From the NCBI RefSeq assembly GCF_006345805.1, contig NW_021834233.1, forward strand, positions 1-64,000: a DNA stretch of 64,000 nucleotides, written 5' to 3'. The position numbers and the translations under genes are program-made. The notes below the pieces were generated by a model. That model was not told where the DNA came from and made no database searches. It was given only the letters and a program-made list of their open reading frames with translations. How positions within the stretch are numbered: the first letter of the stretch is position 1; every line of letters starts with the position of its first letter. Below are positions 41,071 to 54,616 of the stretch, piece after piece. The DNA is from Octopus sinensis. Lineage: Eukaryota.

Positions 41071-41104
<34 letters not shown>

Positions 41105-41333
41105 ATCATCATCATCATCATCATCATATTATTATCATCATCATCATCATCATCATCATCAATCATATTATTATATTATTATTATTATTATTATTATTAT
41201 TATCATCATCATCATCATCATATTATTATTATTATTATCATCATCATCATTATTATATTATTATTATTATTATATTATTATTATTCATTATCATCATCAT
41301 CATATTATTATTATTATCATCATCATCATCATA

Positions 41334-41372
<39 letters not shown>

Positions 41373-41417
41373 CATTATCAACATCATCATATTATTATTA
41401 TTATTATATCATCATCA

Positions 41418-41472
<55 letters not shown>

Positions 41473-41521
41473 CATTATCACATCATCATATTATTATTAT
41501 TATTATCATCATCATCATATA

Positions 41522-41555
<34 letters not shown>

Positions 41556-41665
41556 TATTATCATCATCATCATATTATTATTATTATTATTATTATATTA
41601 TTATTATTATTATTATCATTATCATCATCATCATCATATTATTATTATTATTATCATCATCATCA

Positions 41666-41704
<39 letters not shown>

Positions 41705-41843
41705 CATTATCATCATCATCATATTATTATTATTATTATCATCATCATCATATTATTATTATTATTATTATTATTATATTATTATTATTATTATTATCAT
41801 TATCAACATCATCATATTATTATTATTATTATCATCATCATCA

Positions 41844-41879
<36 letters not shown>

Positions 41880-41899
41880 CATTATCAACATCATCATCA

Positions 41900-41942
<43 letters not shown>

Positions 41943-41970
41943 ATCATCATCATCATCATCATCATCATAA
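40690..41970. repeat. ~1.3-kb (ATT)n/(ATC)n trinucleotide array
   Basis: Directly visible; the 430-aa ORF 40651-41943 is only its stop-free frame. Confidence 0.95.
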
Positions 41971-42539
41971 TTATCTTGGTGCAATCAGACTCATCATCAT
42001 TAGTGGACGTTATAAGATATGAACCATAAACAACCGCAATGACAGCAACAACAACGACATCAGCAAGAGGATCGACAACGATAACATTGACTACAATGGT
42101 TATTACTAATAACAAAGCAGAGATTAGTAGACACTAAAAGAGAATAAAAATCTCTATTTCTTGAGTTTTAATGAAAAGAAATATGAAATTATACCAAAAC
42201 ACTTGCTACTAAATAAAATAAAAATACTTCAAAAGAAAACTATTCCTCCTCCTGCCTCTCCTCTCTCTCCCCCGCCTCCGCCTCCTATCCCTTCCATTCT
42301 CACCATTGCTTTTTTCCTTCCTTCTCTTTTGTATTGGATTTCTATTACAACTGAAGATTGTTGGAACATACACACGAAATCTAACAATAGCTGAAAAGAT
42401 GAAAGCTGTTAGAAAAGTAAAAAAACAAACAAACAAACTAACAAAAAACCCAGAGAAAAGAAGAAATAAAGAAACAATACAAAAATAGCAAAACCAAGTA
42501 TAACGCCTTCTTACTATAGTTACAACGCCACTAATAATA

Positions 42540-42815
42540 TTCAACTGGTACTTACTTAATTGACCCCGAAATGATGATAGCAAAGTCGAACAAAGCCGAA
42601 CGTAATATTTTCTACCGCTAGTCACAAGACCCGAAAATATTGTGGAGAGGACCAGTCGATAAGATCAACCTCAGTACGCAGCAGATACTTAAATTTATCG
42701 AGCCCGAAAGGACGAAAAGTAAAGTCGATCTCGGCGGAATTTGAACTCAGAACGTAACAGCAGACGAAATACCGCTAAGCATTCAGCCCGGCATGCTAAC
42801 ATTTCTGCCAGCTCG
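42540..42815 (-). mobile_element. SINE family 3, two partial units
   Basis: CCCGAAAGGACGAAAAGTAAAGTCGATCTCGGCGGAATTTGAACTCAGAACG...TTCTGCCAGCTCG. Confidence 0.75.
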
Positions 42816-42844
42816 ACGCTTTAACAACACCAAAATGTTGAAAA

Positions 42845-44160
42845 CAAACTAGATTTCGAATAGACTTTTGCTTTACATTTGCATAAGTTGGCTCCAAGTC
42901 TCACCCAGATACCTCAAGAGACAACAGGTTGGAAGTTCATGTTGTTGTTATGCCTAGTGTGCCATATATTTGGTTTTGTATTTAGTGTTGTACTAGAGAA
43001 TGCCTAAAAATCCATACGAAAACGATGTCTTTTAAACCTTGAGATTACACAGAAAGTATTTTGCGTAGGATATGAGCAGTTCCCATGAGCACTATCTTTT
43101 GAATTTCTGTCATTTTGGGGTTTCCTGGTATCTGAGCTAGGTAGCAGTCAGCTCCTTTTGCTATCATTCTCAGGGAACCTATAATAACATGTATTGTTTT
43201 AGTCTTCAGGTTCCACATTTTGCTAATTTCTATTTCAAAATCTTTAAATTTCCCCAGGTTATGGTAGGGCTTGACAGATAGGTTTATATCGTTTGGGACA
43301 GTCATATCAATGAGGAGGCATGGTATTTGTCTGAAGTCTTTCAATATGATTTGGGGTTTCCTGATGATAGCAAATACCATGCCTCCTCATTGATATGACT
43401 GTCCCAAACGATATAAACCTATCTGTCAAGCCCTACCAAAACCTGGGGAAATTTAAAGATTTTGAAATAGAAATTAGCAAAATGTGGAACCTGAAGACTA
43501 AAACAATACCTGTTATTATAGGTTCCCTGAGAATGATAGCAAAAGGAGCTGACTGCTACCTAGCAATACCAAGGCATTCTCTAGTACAACACTAAATACA
43601 AAACCAAATCTGGCCTATTTGCATCTATCTTTCTGTCTGTTTGAATGGTGAAGTTCCAGAAGAGTGAGAGAGGATCATTTTCAAGCACTGCAGGTGGTTT
43701 GTGTTCCCATCAGTTTTTATCATGTGGCAAGTCCAGGCTTTTGCAAATTACCCAGTGATTATATTGTGCAGCTCTATCATGCCTATTGAGATACTCTGTA
43801 GGCGCAAGAAGACTGCACTTGGAGACAGCATGATCAATGGTTTCATTTTGTATTTGACATACACGACATGTTGGGCTACTGACGTTCTTTAATATGTTGA
43901 TCTGGTAGTTTCTTGTATGTAGGCATTGATCTTGAGCTGCTATGATAAAGCCTTCTATTTCAGATTTTAAGCCAGAGGCCATTAGCCATTGATGGATCAG
44001 GGCTTTGTCAGCATCGGCATTATTCGGTCTCTTTTGGTATTTGCCATTGAGAGGTTTTTCTTGCCATTCATCAGTCAGAATATCTAAGGCAGCAGTTTAG
44101 CACGGATTTTCATGCGCTTAGCTTTTTCTGCGCTTATTTCTCGTATGCATATCATTAGTT
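42845..44160 (-). mobile_element. R4/Dong-like (RLE-encoding) non-LTR retrotransposon 3' fragment containing an internal inverted duplication
   Basis: ORFs 43710-43982 (LKSEIEGFIIAAQDQ..CRVCQIQNETIDH..KC..RHD) and 43045-43380 (LLIDMTVPND..K.KD.EIEI.KMW..K..VIIGSL..IQKIVLMGTAHILRKIL) give the CCHC knuckle and the PD-D-K endonuclease. Segment 43371-43609 is inverted. Confidence 0.9.
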
Positions 44161-44208
44161 TTGGTATGCTCAGCCCTCCGTGTAGAGGGTGCTGGCAGTA
44201 GATGGACC

Positions 44209-44438
44209 TGTTTCTTTACTACCCACAAGGCGCTAAACACAGATATGACAAACAAGGACAGACAAACGGATTAAGTCGATTATATCGACCCCAGTGCGTA
44301 ACTGGTATTTAATTTATCGACCCCGAAAGGATGAAAGGCAAAGTCGACCTAGGCGGAATTTGAACTCAGAACGTAACGGCAGACGAAATATCGCTAAGCA
44401 TTTCACCCAGCGTGCTAACGTTTCTGCCAGCTCGCCGC
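44209..44438 (-). mobile_element. SINE family 3 monomer with 17-bp target-site duplication
   Basis: Full-length unit flanked by identical CTGGCAGTAGATGGACC at 44192-44208 and 44439-44455. Confidence 0.95.
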
Positions 44439-45479
44439 CTGGCAGTAGATGGACCGTCTCACCAATGGAAACTGTCCCCTCCACAGGTATTTGAAGAGGT
44501 GGTGTTCTACATTGGCGAGGCGTGATCGGGGTGCATGGCACGATCGTCAAATGGTAGTAAATGACGGAAACGATTTGAATGAATAGTGAGAGAGTGGGGT
44601 CGTGTGTGACACACTGACACACAGAAATTACTTTTCGCATTGACTATATATATATATAAATTTTTGCTGAAACTTTTACGCGAAAAATAGAACACATGAA
44701 ATTTTATTTGTTAAACCTCTTCATGATAAAACAACACGAACTTGCTCTTGCGTGTGAGATGTCTGCTTTAACTGGGTTATTAAGAGTTGGCGCTCTTTAA
44801 ATTGTTTTGCCACTGACTAGAGTTTCTTCAATGTTTGACTTTGTACTTGAAAGGTATACAACAAATATCACTTCCAACTGCAAGATAATCCCTCTTATTG
44901 AATGTGATTTGTATCAAGCATGAAAATCTACTTTAACTTACGTAAGTCGATGCAAATGGGAAAAAAATCTTAATGCATCCGCTGAGAGAGTGTAAACTTA
45001 CAGTACAAGTCCGTCCAAAATTATTCCATTGTAGATGGATTTCAGAAGTATTGTGCTGTAAAATCATTTTTAATTTTTGTACATACTTTCTGTATTTTTT
45101 TTCTGAAACTCAATTCATTCTTGAAGCAAAAATCTCTACTTGGTGGTTCTACCGTAATAGCCAACTTCGGAAAATGGATTTCGAATTCAATGCAGTAAAT
45201 TATTTTTTCAAGTGATAGACAGTTTCAGTTTGAATAGATTTCTTTTCCTGGACATTGCATCACGAAATGGTAGTTACATCGATAGGTTGGAAAGAATGTA
45301 CTGTCACACTTTTGGCATGAACAAGAGTACTTCTTCATGACTTACGTTTAAACGAGCATTAATCTTATTTTCTATTGCTTTATTCTTTCTTTACACATTA
45401 CTTGACACCATAGTGGTTAAATTCCTATCGATTCTGTGGCTTGGAAATGTGTTTAGATCAGAACCTTATCAGAACCTGT

Positions 45480-46410
45480 GTACTTTCTGAATTCATAAGG
45501 AACTTTTGAGCAGCAAGTATTATTCGTTTCTCGGTAGAAATGAAACTTTAAGTATGTGCACAGTTTTGCTTGGAAAATGTTTCTTCATCTGGACAACCAA
45601 AATCTGTTAATATTGACTTTCTGAAAACTATAGTTGGGGACTATCCAGTGCAAACTGCACGAGAATTAGTAAAAGGGTTCAATTCACGTAACACTTCGAT
45701 CAAAAAACACCATGTGTAAAATTGGTCAGTGTATTCCTCGTTATCTTCATGTTTCTCAGCTTAACCAAAGTGCTGTCCTCTGCTCGTCGTTGAAGAATAG
45801 TGTTGCTACCGAACCATTTCAGAGTACAAATATCACATTGAAATATGGGTTTACTATAATCATATCCAATGAATGAGAATGGACGGCACCCACTAAAATG
45901 AGGGCAAACTCTATCCCTAAAACAAGTCTATACCCGATTTTAAAAAAAGCTTATGCTCTCCGTTTGATGTAAAACGAAGGGTGTTGTTTATGGTGATTTT
46001 TTAAACTAAGGCAAAACACTTAATGGGGAGTAATTTTTCGAGGTTTGGAACTATTGAGACAAAATTTTAAGAAATTAAGTGGTCATCATTGTTTAATTGT
46101 AAGGAGAGTTGCTCATATACAATAATGTATATAGCGTCCAATTCCCTTGGATAAAGATTATGGCACAAAATACGGATGTTTTGACCGATCTTCCGTCCTC
46201 TCATGACCTAGATCCATCTGACTCTCAACTATTCAGATCCTTGCAGCATTATTTATTAGGAAAAAAAGTGCATTAATCGATTGCTAAAAATGATATTGAG
46301 TGTTTCACTGTTTCAAAATTTGCGAACTTTTACGTCCAAGAGACCAACAATTTACCAAATAGATGCGATTATATTATCAATAATGAGAGGAAACAATATC
46401 TTGATTATGA
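45480..46410 (+). pseudogene. Highly decayed mariner transposase remnant
   Basis: GQPKSVNIDFLKTIVGDYPVQTARELVK (~45590-45680, HTH region) and DLPSSHDLDPSDSQLFRSLQHYLLGKK (~46190-46270, YSPDLAPSD region), followed by FYVQETNNLPNRCDYII. Many stops and frameshifts. Confidence 0.65.
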
Positions 46411-47534
46411 ATCAAAAACGAAGACTCACTTGCTTCTTTTTTATTTGGAATGGGCCAGGAGTTTCTTTCAAACCTAATATTCATCTCCAAATTTAACAAT
46501 CAACAGTTTAACATTTTTAAGAGAGGCTTTGTACTAATACGAGAATAAATTTTAGCTATATCCATGCAATTCAAGGTTTCAATTTGTCTGAAACTCCAGA
46601 TGATAACACTATTTAAGAAAATTGTAAATTTAAATACTTTAGGATATTTCGGTATTCATATTTAGTTCTTCCTTCAAATCGGAAACCATATTGATTGCTT
46701 TCTTACAACTACCGTTGAAGCAACAAAATTCCTTGTCATAGCAAATATCACATTCACAGATATTTACTTTCATCTTTAATTCTAATAGATTTGGTAAAGG
46801 CATCACCTCTTCCTGTGTGTAATATAGCCCCAGTTGAAACAATATCGATGTATCGCTTCTTTGAAACTGTAACAGTGAAGGTGGTTCGGTATTTTTGTCC
46901 GCAAACTTGTTGCTACGAGATCAAATCCCATGCAAGATACGCTAGGCATCGCATTAAATGCCATGTGGTACTTATTTACTTTCTTTGACACCCTAGTTTC
47001 AAGTCCTAACGGAAGAGCATATCGTTTTATTCATCCTTCATCCATAATGATGAAGAAGTCAAACTTGCATATTATGTTGCACTAGGCCTGTACTAAAACT
47101 CAATATATAATCATAATCATGGTTACTACAAATATTGCTGGCGCTACTGCTTCTACAATTAGTGGTGGTGGTAGTAGTAGTATTAGTAGTAGTAGTAGTA
47201 GTAGTAAATAATGCTGGGATCTAGTATATACATTTGATTGCCTATCTTCTTAACAAAATATGTAGACATGTGAGTATATGAGATACCAACACAAATTAAA
47301 TCATCAATCATCGATACTCTTGATGATATGAAGTGCAAGCATATCACCCTGTCATCATTTTCGTTGTTCATGTTGTCAAGCCCACAGCCCCCAACCAGGG
47401 TAGCACGCATGAAGATGAAATAACGACCCACATTGAGTAATGACGTTGTAATAACGTTGAGGGTGGCATCGACCACGTTGTTCAAGTTTTAGGGTCTAAG
47501 ACTGTAAGATGTGTATTAGACTTAGCTTCTAATT

Positions 47535-47882
47535 CTATAAGGCCGAGCGAATTTAGAGACATTGGTCTTTGACTCGTGTTCTTTTCCTTTCTTCTCGAGC
47601 CACACTTGGCTCATAGGGTCGGTTTCTCGGTTTCCTTGGCGTATAGGTTCCCCAACTGAACGGGACGCCGGCCCGTCGCAGGTGAGCCGCAAGATGTAGG
47701 AGGAAAGACTGAGAGAAAGTTGTGGCGAAAGAGTCAAAAGAAGTTCGCCATTACCTTCTGCCGGCGCCGCGTGGAGCTTAGGTGTTTCGCTCATAAACAC
47801 ATACATCAACCGGTCTGAGATTCGAACCTTCGATCCCTCGACCGCGAGTCCGCTGCTCTAACCACCTGACCCTGTTCCTCCA
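47535..47882 (-). mobile_element. SINE family 2 head with tail type c (V-domain-like 3' motif)
   Basis: Minus strand: family 2 head, then CCTGCGACGGGCCGGCGTCCCGTTCAG..CCCTATGAGCC, which resembles TGCAATGGACTGGCGTCCCGTCCAG of family 4 at 63910-63935. Confidence 0.8.
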
Positions 47883-49001
47883 CGTTGACTCGTGTGCGGT
47901 GTAGATAGTTACACATTTGACATTTTTCACGCAGTTACAGGAATTGGTAATGCTTCTGATTTGAATATATTCAGTTAGCAAATCGTGTAGAAGAAGGACA
48001 CAATTAATATGATATTGGTTTAAAATTTTGGCAAACGGACACAAATTTGGGGGAGAGCGCAAGTCAATAACATTAACGCCGATGCTCAAATGGTAATATT
48101 TTTATCGACCACGAAAGGGTGAATGGTCAAGTCTACTCTGACTGTATTTGAGTCAGAACATAAATAAATATCGGTTTCACATTTTGGCCCATGACCAAGA
48201 ATTTAAAGAGAGAATTAAGTTGATTAAGCCAACCCCAGTGTTCAACTAGTACTTATTTTATCGATCCCGTAATATTGGAAGGCAAAGTTGACACCAATTG
48301 TATTTGAGCTCAGAACATAATGATAGCACAATTAATATGAATATTCTATTAAAGCTGTTTCTTTCGACGAAGTGATCATTTATCCGTAATCTAATAAACG
48401 AAAGAATAAAAAACAGATCTAAAATCTTCCCGAATTAATTTCCTAAAACTATTTCGACCTTACTGATAGTATTAATAATTGCTGAAAAAGCAGGGAATGG
48501 ATGCGGTCACACTCCATAAATTTCAAATAAAACTACCGTGTATGACTTTTATATAGCTCGAATTGCACAACGCTTGTGGCATTCGTCATCAAGTATCACA
48601 TGGACCAGAAATAAGGCTGTATGAAACTACATTTCACCACATGTGATTAGGAAAGGATAACACAAAAATATCTGTGGATATACTGGTGGTCTGTCACACA
48701 CGGCTTTCATAACGAGCGAGGAGAAACTGAGCCTGTCATGAATGCCGTATACAGGCAAGGGCACACTGGACATTTGCACAGGGGCCTCGCAGGTTAGGGA
48801 CTTGTTTGTAATGTATATATGCTGTGGGTTGCTAGCAATAAATAAATACTATATGGTTCTGTGCACAGATATGCTCGGGGTCCTTAAATAATTCTAAGAC
48901 GGTCTTGCATGTTACAAGCTAAGTTCCATAGTGGTGACGTATTTATAATACTACCTGTCGTATTTCGTTGCCTCTTCCATACCAATGACAACAGTCGGGG
49001 T

Positions 49002-49385
49002 GGAGGCGCAATGGTCCAGTGGTTAGGGCAGCGAACTCGCGGCCGTAAGAACGCCGTTTCGATTCCCAGACCGGGCATTGTGAGTGTTTATTGAGCAAAA
49101 GCACCTAAGCTCCACGCGGATCCGGCTGTGGGTGGGTGGGTGGGGGTGCAGATCTCTTTCCCCACAACTTTTTCTCTCTCTTTCTTCCTACTTCTGCCAC
49201 AAAGCAGAAGAAGCATGGTGCAACCCACTATGGTGTGGTAAAACTTTCAGACCCGAGTCTAGATTGCGAATCCTCTGTACCCCAGGATGGTCCAGCTCTC
49301 CACCCGTTAAAAGCTACCGTTTACGAATGAGGATAACAATGTAGCTTTCGGGCCCGTGTAACCGCCAGTCTATCGAAATGTGGTG
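49002..49385 (+). mobile_element. SINE family 2 head with tail type d
   Basis: GGAGGCGCAATGGTCCAGTGGTTAGGGCAGCGAACTCGCGG..TTCGATTCCCAGACCGGG, then a tail (ACCCCAGGATGGTCCAGCTCTCCACCCG) unrelated to tails a-c. The 3' boundary is approximate. Confidence 0.75.
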
Positions 49386-50214
49386 GGTGGATCTTCAAGT
49401 TGTCACACGCATTCTTAGTAGCTTAGAATATTTTCGAATTAGAGATTATTCTTTGTGGCTAATGGCGAGAGTCCTCATTAGAGGAAGAAGAAGAAGAAGA
49501 AGAAGAAGAAGAAGAAGAAGAAGAAGAAGACAACAGAGTGGATTTTATGTGGAAGTTCAATATGTACGATAATAGCAGACAAAAGTATCTCTCGAATTTC
49601 ACAGCACTGAAATGCCTACAAGAAGAATGCACTAAATAGTTTGGTGATCCTGAAAAGAAACGGAAACCTTAAAAAGTAATAGTCACGGATAGAATCAATT
49701 TGACTATAGACCTGCACAAGTGGGTTATAATAGGGCTATACAACAAAAACAACAATAAAAATTATACAGTGATTTGTATGGCTGAATGGTGAATAAGATA
49801 GAGATGGACTATGATGTAGCGAATAGCAAAAAATGGGTACATTTCTTTGATAAATTCTCTGATTGACTGACCACCAAATTCCTCAACGAATCAACCAACC
49901 AGCCACTATTCCAAAAATACTCTGTAGTTGAACTAAAATACCATTCAACTGATGTGTTGCAATTTTACAAAAATAAATATTTTTACTTGAATATGAAAAC
50001 ACTCAAAATTTTACATCTGATAGTAACTTGATGCCTCCAACTGGTTTCATTAGTAAGTTTCCTTCGAAAAATAAAATAAAATAAAATAAAATAGAATAAG
50101 ATAAAATAAAATAGATTACTGAAATACGGTGTGTTTATTTATGTTTACGAAATGTGAGTACTTAATACGAACGCTATAGTTTAAGGGCGATATCTATCTA
50201 TCTGTTTATCTAGT

Positions 50215-50338
50215 TATCTATCTATGGATATGTATATATATCTATATATATACATATGTTTGCATTCCATATGTTGGTATTAAGCATTTCTCTATGTGCA
50301 CAGGGCATAATTTTATCTATTTATAAATGTCTGTATGC

Positions 50339-50383
<45 letters not shown>

Positions 50384-50610
50384 TATGTATGTATGTATCT
50401 TTGCATATGTACATATAAGAGCATACATAAGCACGTACGTTTATACATACTTAAAAGACACACACACACACACATATATATATATAAAATGTAGACATTT
50501 TTGATAATTATGTACTTGACAAAGTTAATCCAAGAATTAAGAAAAAATATTGAAAAAATATCTAAAAACGTATGCGGTAAAATAAGACATCATGTCTTTA
50601 AGCGAAAGAG

Positions 50611-50668
<58 letters not shown>

Positions 50669-50960
50669 CATACATACATACATATATATGCATCTATATG
50701 ATTATGTATGTGTTGTGAATGCATATACGTTTAAAAACTGCGTGTTTCTATGCGCATATTATATATATATATATGAATATTTATATCTGTAATTTATATA
50801 TATACATATAGTAAAAGTAAGCTTACATATATATGTAATTGCATACACCCAAACGCATACATATGACATATAAGAATATATACCTGTGATTATATATATG
50901 TGTGTCATGTATTTGTATATATTTGCATGTTTATGTATGTATATATGTTCATAAATATGA
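50215..50960. repeat. TA/TACA-rich microsatellite region
   Basis: Directly visible. Confidence 0.9.
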
Positions 50961-51121
50961 ATGTTTAAGCGTTCTGTTTATGCTTAAACTTAAGTATTTA
51001 CTTTTCCTGAGTTTGATTGTAGAACACGTCACATCCGTTTAATATATTTCCACGAAATATTGATATTCTCTTGGCATTGATACAGCAGTTCTGAAGTGAA
51101 GTCAGGTTCGTGGTGCATATA

Positions 51122-51191
<70 letters not shown>

Positions 51192-51627
51192 CAAAAAAGT
51201 CAGAAGATTATCATTGCGCTATATAGCTTAGGTATTTTTGTATACTACGCTCGAATTCCATTAGGAACAAATTTGCCGTTTATGATTCCTCGGTCGATAA
51301 TTGAATAAAATATGTTAAACATAGTTTATGGTTGAAATGACTCTCCTCTCAAACTGCTTGAATATATATTATCCCTTTGTGCCTATAAAATAAAGATTAC
51401 CATATATGTCACTTTCACACCCGTGTCTAAAATAGAACTCAATCAGTATTCAGTTCCTTGGAAACTTGTGAGCTATACCCTCACACACTCACACATACAC
51501 ACAAACATATTTAAGTTCCTAGTAAAACGAGTATACGACGTCATCTACGGTAATTACACAGATGTAGCTGGATCTACCCCCAGGAATTCTTTTGTGTACG
51601 TTGAGTATAAAACAATTATCAAATCAC

Positions 51628-51717
51628 CTGACGAGACGCTTCCGCACCGCAGGATGCACCACAACTAGTTGCATAGTTACCCACCCGCGAGTGATCGAAG
51701 CAAGAAGTGTCGAAACG
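51628..51717 (+). ncRNA. Hammerhead-like core with intact stem II but no clear stems I/III
   Basis: CUGACGA-GACGCUUC..(61 nt)..GAAGUGUC-GAAACG; 8-bp stem II with the canonical G-C closing pair. Confidence 0.4.
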
Positions 51718-52940
51718 AACTTTATGAGCAATACAATTTCTCATGCATTCCATTTTCCAACTTTATCATTTGTTTTATATATATACAATTTTTTTTTTCG
51801 CAATGAGATAAAAAAAAAACCAAGGCTGTGTAGATTTTAGAAGATTTATAGATGGAAGGTCTTACAGTTGATTCCAGGATATTTATTATATCCCTTCATC
51901 GGAGACGGTGTGAGAGGATGGTTAAGAAAAAGTTAATTTAGATGAGATGTGAAATAAAAAGTGAGGTGGAGGAGATAAAAGAAAATAGATGTAAGTTATG
52001 TAAGGATATTGCACTTGTAGATCCATTTATTTAGGCAGAATATATGTAGGTATGAACTTATGTATGTATATACATACGTGCGCGCGTGTGTATTCATATA
52101 CACATACTATGGAAAATGAAACTTGTTCTAAGCGTAACGGGATGAGGTTGAACCAGAAACCATGTGGCTGCAATGCCAGCTTCTAAATCAAACAACATTC
52201 GACGTCAAATAGATTTAAAAAAAGTTTTATATGAGCATGAAGAAAGTTTTCCAGCAATGGCAGTCAAAGAATTTCATTAGCATTGTGTAGATTGCTAGCA
52301 GTGTTCAAGCTGAGATGTAGATACTCTCGAGTCTCTCTCATTCCATCACTACTATATTATGCGCAACACAATCTAATTTAATTTCAATTTCTCATTCCGG
52401 CCACTTGTGTATATAAATTTGCTCAACTGCCATTGTTTCACTTTTTCCTTCTCAAAATCAACTTCATTTCAGCTGCAGGACTTGGAGACAGAACGTTCCA
52501 ACTTGCTGGATTTTATGGATTTTCTCCTTTCTATGTCTATCAAACTTTACAGTTCACGGAGGACTGTTATATGTGATAGGCATTACCTTGAAATTTTCCA
52601 TCAGCTTAGGCGTGAAACGAGATTATAATTTGAGCTGCGAGGTGAACTCCCAAAGCACAAAGCTCTCTTACGTTTGTCATTCTAAGATGCAGAATTTCAT
52701 GCTTTGATCATTTCAGCTATAACAACAGCTAGATTATCTTTTTATTCAACATCTTTTTGTTTCACTAATCCTTCGTTGTAATATCCAGAGTTGTTTTCGA
52801 TATTGATTGCCATTGTTTCATTTACTGCTGTTGTTACTTGTTACTGCAGCTATAATGGTTGCTCATAAACAGATATTACGGAGTGGAGCAAATAATACGA
52901 ACTGCATTTTTGCTTCTTATTATTATAGCTTGGACAGAAG

Positions 52941-53580
52941 CAGCGAGCTAGCAGAAACATTGGCGCGCCGGGCGAAATGCTTAGCGGTATTTCGTCTGCG
53001 TTACGTTGTGAGTTCAAATTCCGCCGAGGTCGACTTTGCCTTTCATCCTTTCGGGGTCGATAAATTAGGTACCAGTTACGCACTGGGGTCGATGTAATCG
53101 ACTTAATACCTATGTCTGTCCTTGTTTGTCATATCTGTGTTTAGCCTCTTGTGGGTAGTAAAGAAATAGGTATTTCGTCTGCCGCTACGTTCTGATTTCA
53201 AATTCCGCCGATGTCGACTTTGCCTTTCATTCTTTCGGGGTCGATTAAATAAGTAGCAGTTACGCACGGGGGTCTATATAATCGACTTAATCCGTTTGTC
53301 TGTCCTTATTTGTCCTCTCTGAAGATAGCCCCTTGTGGGTAGTAAAGAAATAGGTATTTTGTCTGTCGCTACGTTCTGAGTTCAAATTCCACTGAGGTCT
53401 ACTTTGCCTTTCATCCTTTCGGCGTCATTAGAACACCTGGCAAAATATTTATCGGTATTTCGTCTGTCCTTATGCTCTGAATTCAAATTCTGCCGAGTTC
53501 GACTTTGCTTTTCATCCTTCCGGGATCGATTAGATAAGTACCAATGAATCACTGGGATCGTTGTAATCAACTGGACCCCT
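52941..53580 (+). mobile_element. Array of ~4 units of SINE family 3
   Basis: Head at 52941; restarts at 53168 and 53352 (AAAGAAATA|GGTATTT); a further degenerate unit from ~53430. Confidence 0.88.
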
Positions 53581-53689
53581 CCCTGTAATAGCTAGCCATT
53601 TGAAACCAGGAAAATTAAGGAAATTATAAAACTATTAGTAGATTTTTATTCAGAAGGGTATGGTTTCAATTTCTTGTAGCTGCGATGAC

Positions 53690-53830
53690 AGAATAGAGCA
53701 TCTCTTCTTTGCACGTGGTCCGGGTTGCTCTCTGTGTTGAGGTTTAATAACAAATTGTTTCTGAGGCGACATTTCTAGCGTGTCCATCCCATCTTAAGTT
53801 CAGTTGCCTACATTAGGACGAATTATCAAA
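53690..53830 (-). pseudogene. Old LINE (RTE/CR1-like) C-terminal remnant
   Basis: Minus strand RQLNLRWDGHARN, then after a frameshift KPQHREQPGPRAKKRC, resembling the LRWxGH..R..GRP..RW motif. Confidence 0.4.
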
Positions 53831-54215
53831 CATGCCCTTCCTTCATTTATAGACGTCAATCTGATTTAAGAGAGACATGGCCTCTGTTCGGGTGCAGCGA
53901 AATAGCTGAACCAACTGCGTAGACGCTCTCTCATTCTATCAAGTTTTTTATATTATTTCAGAGTTTTATTTAACATTTTTTCTCTTGAATGTGTATTTCA
54001 GTTGACAATAGCTCAGAAGCTCATCATACCATCTTGTAATAGTTGTCAAAGTATACGTTATCCAATGTCTTTGTTTCTACATTAAATACAGTTTGGCTGC
54101 AATTTTTAGCAAGCTGTACAACTCCAAGATAGTCCCTGTTGAATATCACCTGTTTTGCTTCATTATTTACATTATTTACATTCGACGGATATTTGTCCTC
54201 ATCTTGTTTGTTGTT

Positions 54216-54261
54216 AACACAACGTTTCGGCTGATATACCCTCCAGCCTTCTTCAGGTGTC
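54216..54261 (-). ncRNA. Minimal type I hammerhead ribozyme motif, intact
   Basis: GACAC-CUGAAGA-A-GGCUG GAGGGUAUAU CAGCC-GAAA-CGUU-GUGUU. 5-bp stem I, 5-bp stem II, palindromic AACGUU stem III, cleavage triplet GUU. Confidence 0.75.
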
Positions 54262-54444
54262 TTGGGGAAATTTCGAACCTGGGTTCACATTCCTAAGGTA
54301 TTTTTCGATGTTATTAATATTATCATTATTTTTCTTCTTCTTATTATTATTATCATTATTATTATTATTATTATGGCGTAGTGGTTAAGAGCGCGGGCTA
54401 CTAGCCCCAAGATTCTGAGTTCGATTCCAAGCAGTGACCTGAAC

Positions 54445-54492
<48 letters not shown>

Positions 54493-54570
54493 CATAAAAA
54501 TAATAATAATAATAACAACATCATAGAAAAATACCTTAGGAATGAGAACCCAGGTTCGAAATTTCCTCAA

Positions 54571-54616
54571 GACACCTGAAGGAAACTGGAGGGTATATCA
54601 GCCGAAACGTTGTGTT
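54571..54616 (+). ncRNA. Mutated sister copy of the hammerhead motif
   Basis: GACAC-CUGAAGG-AAACUG..CAGCC-GAAACGUU-GUGUU; A9 and the 5' strand of stem II are altered. Confidence 0.55.

Noticed and set aside
40651-41943. 430-aa ORF, the longest in the track
   Set aside because: It is the stop-free frame of an (ATT/ATC)n array (poly-I/L/Y/H/S). The same applies to all YI, HT, VC, LS, poly-M and poly-D ORFs.
48730-48908. Possible hAT/Harbinger-like MITE
   Set aside because: The terminal inverted repeats are too degenerate to define ends or a TSD.
52440-52790. Possible Tc1-like helix-turn-helix remnant on the minus strand (LSHITVLREL)
   Set aside because: Only one short motif among many stops and no TIR found.
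54374-54441. Possible genuine tRNA gene
   Set aside because: A and B boxes are present but no acceptor stem closes and it runs straight into a repeat tail; treated as a SINE head. The same holds for the heads of families 1-4.
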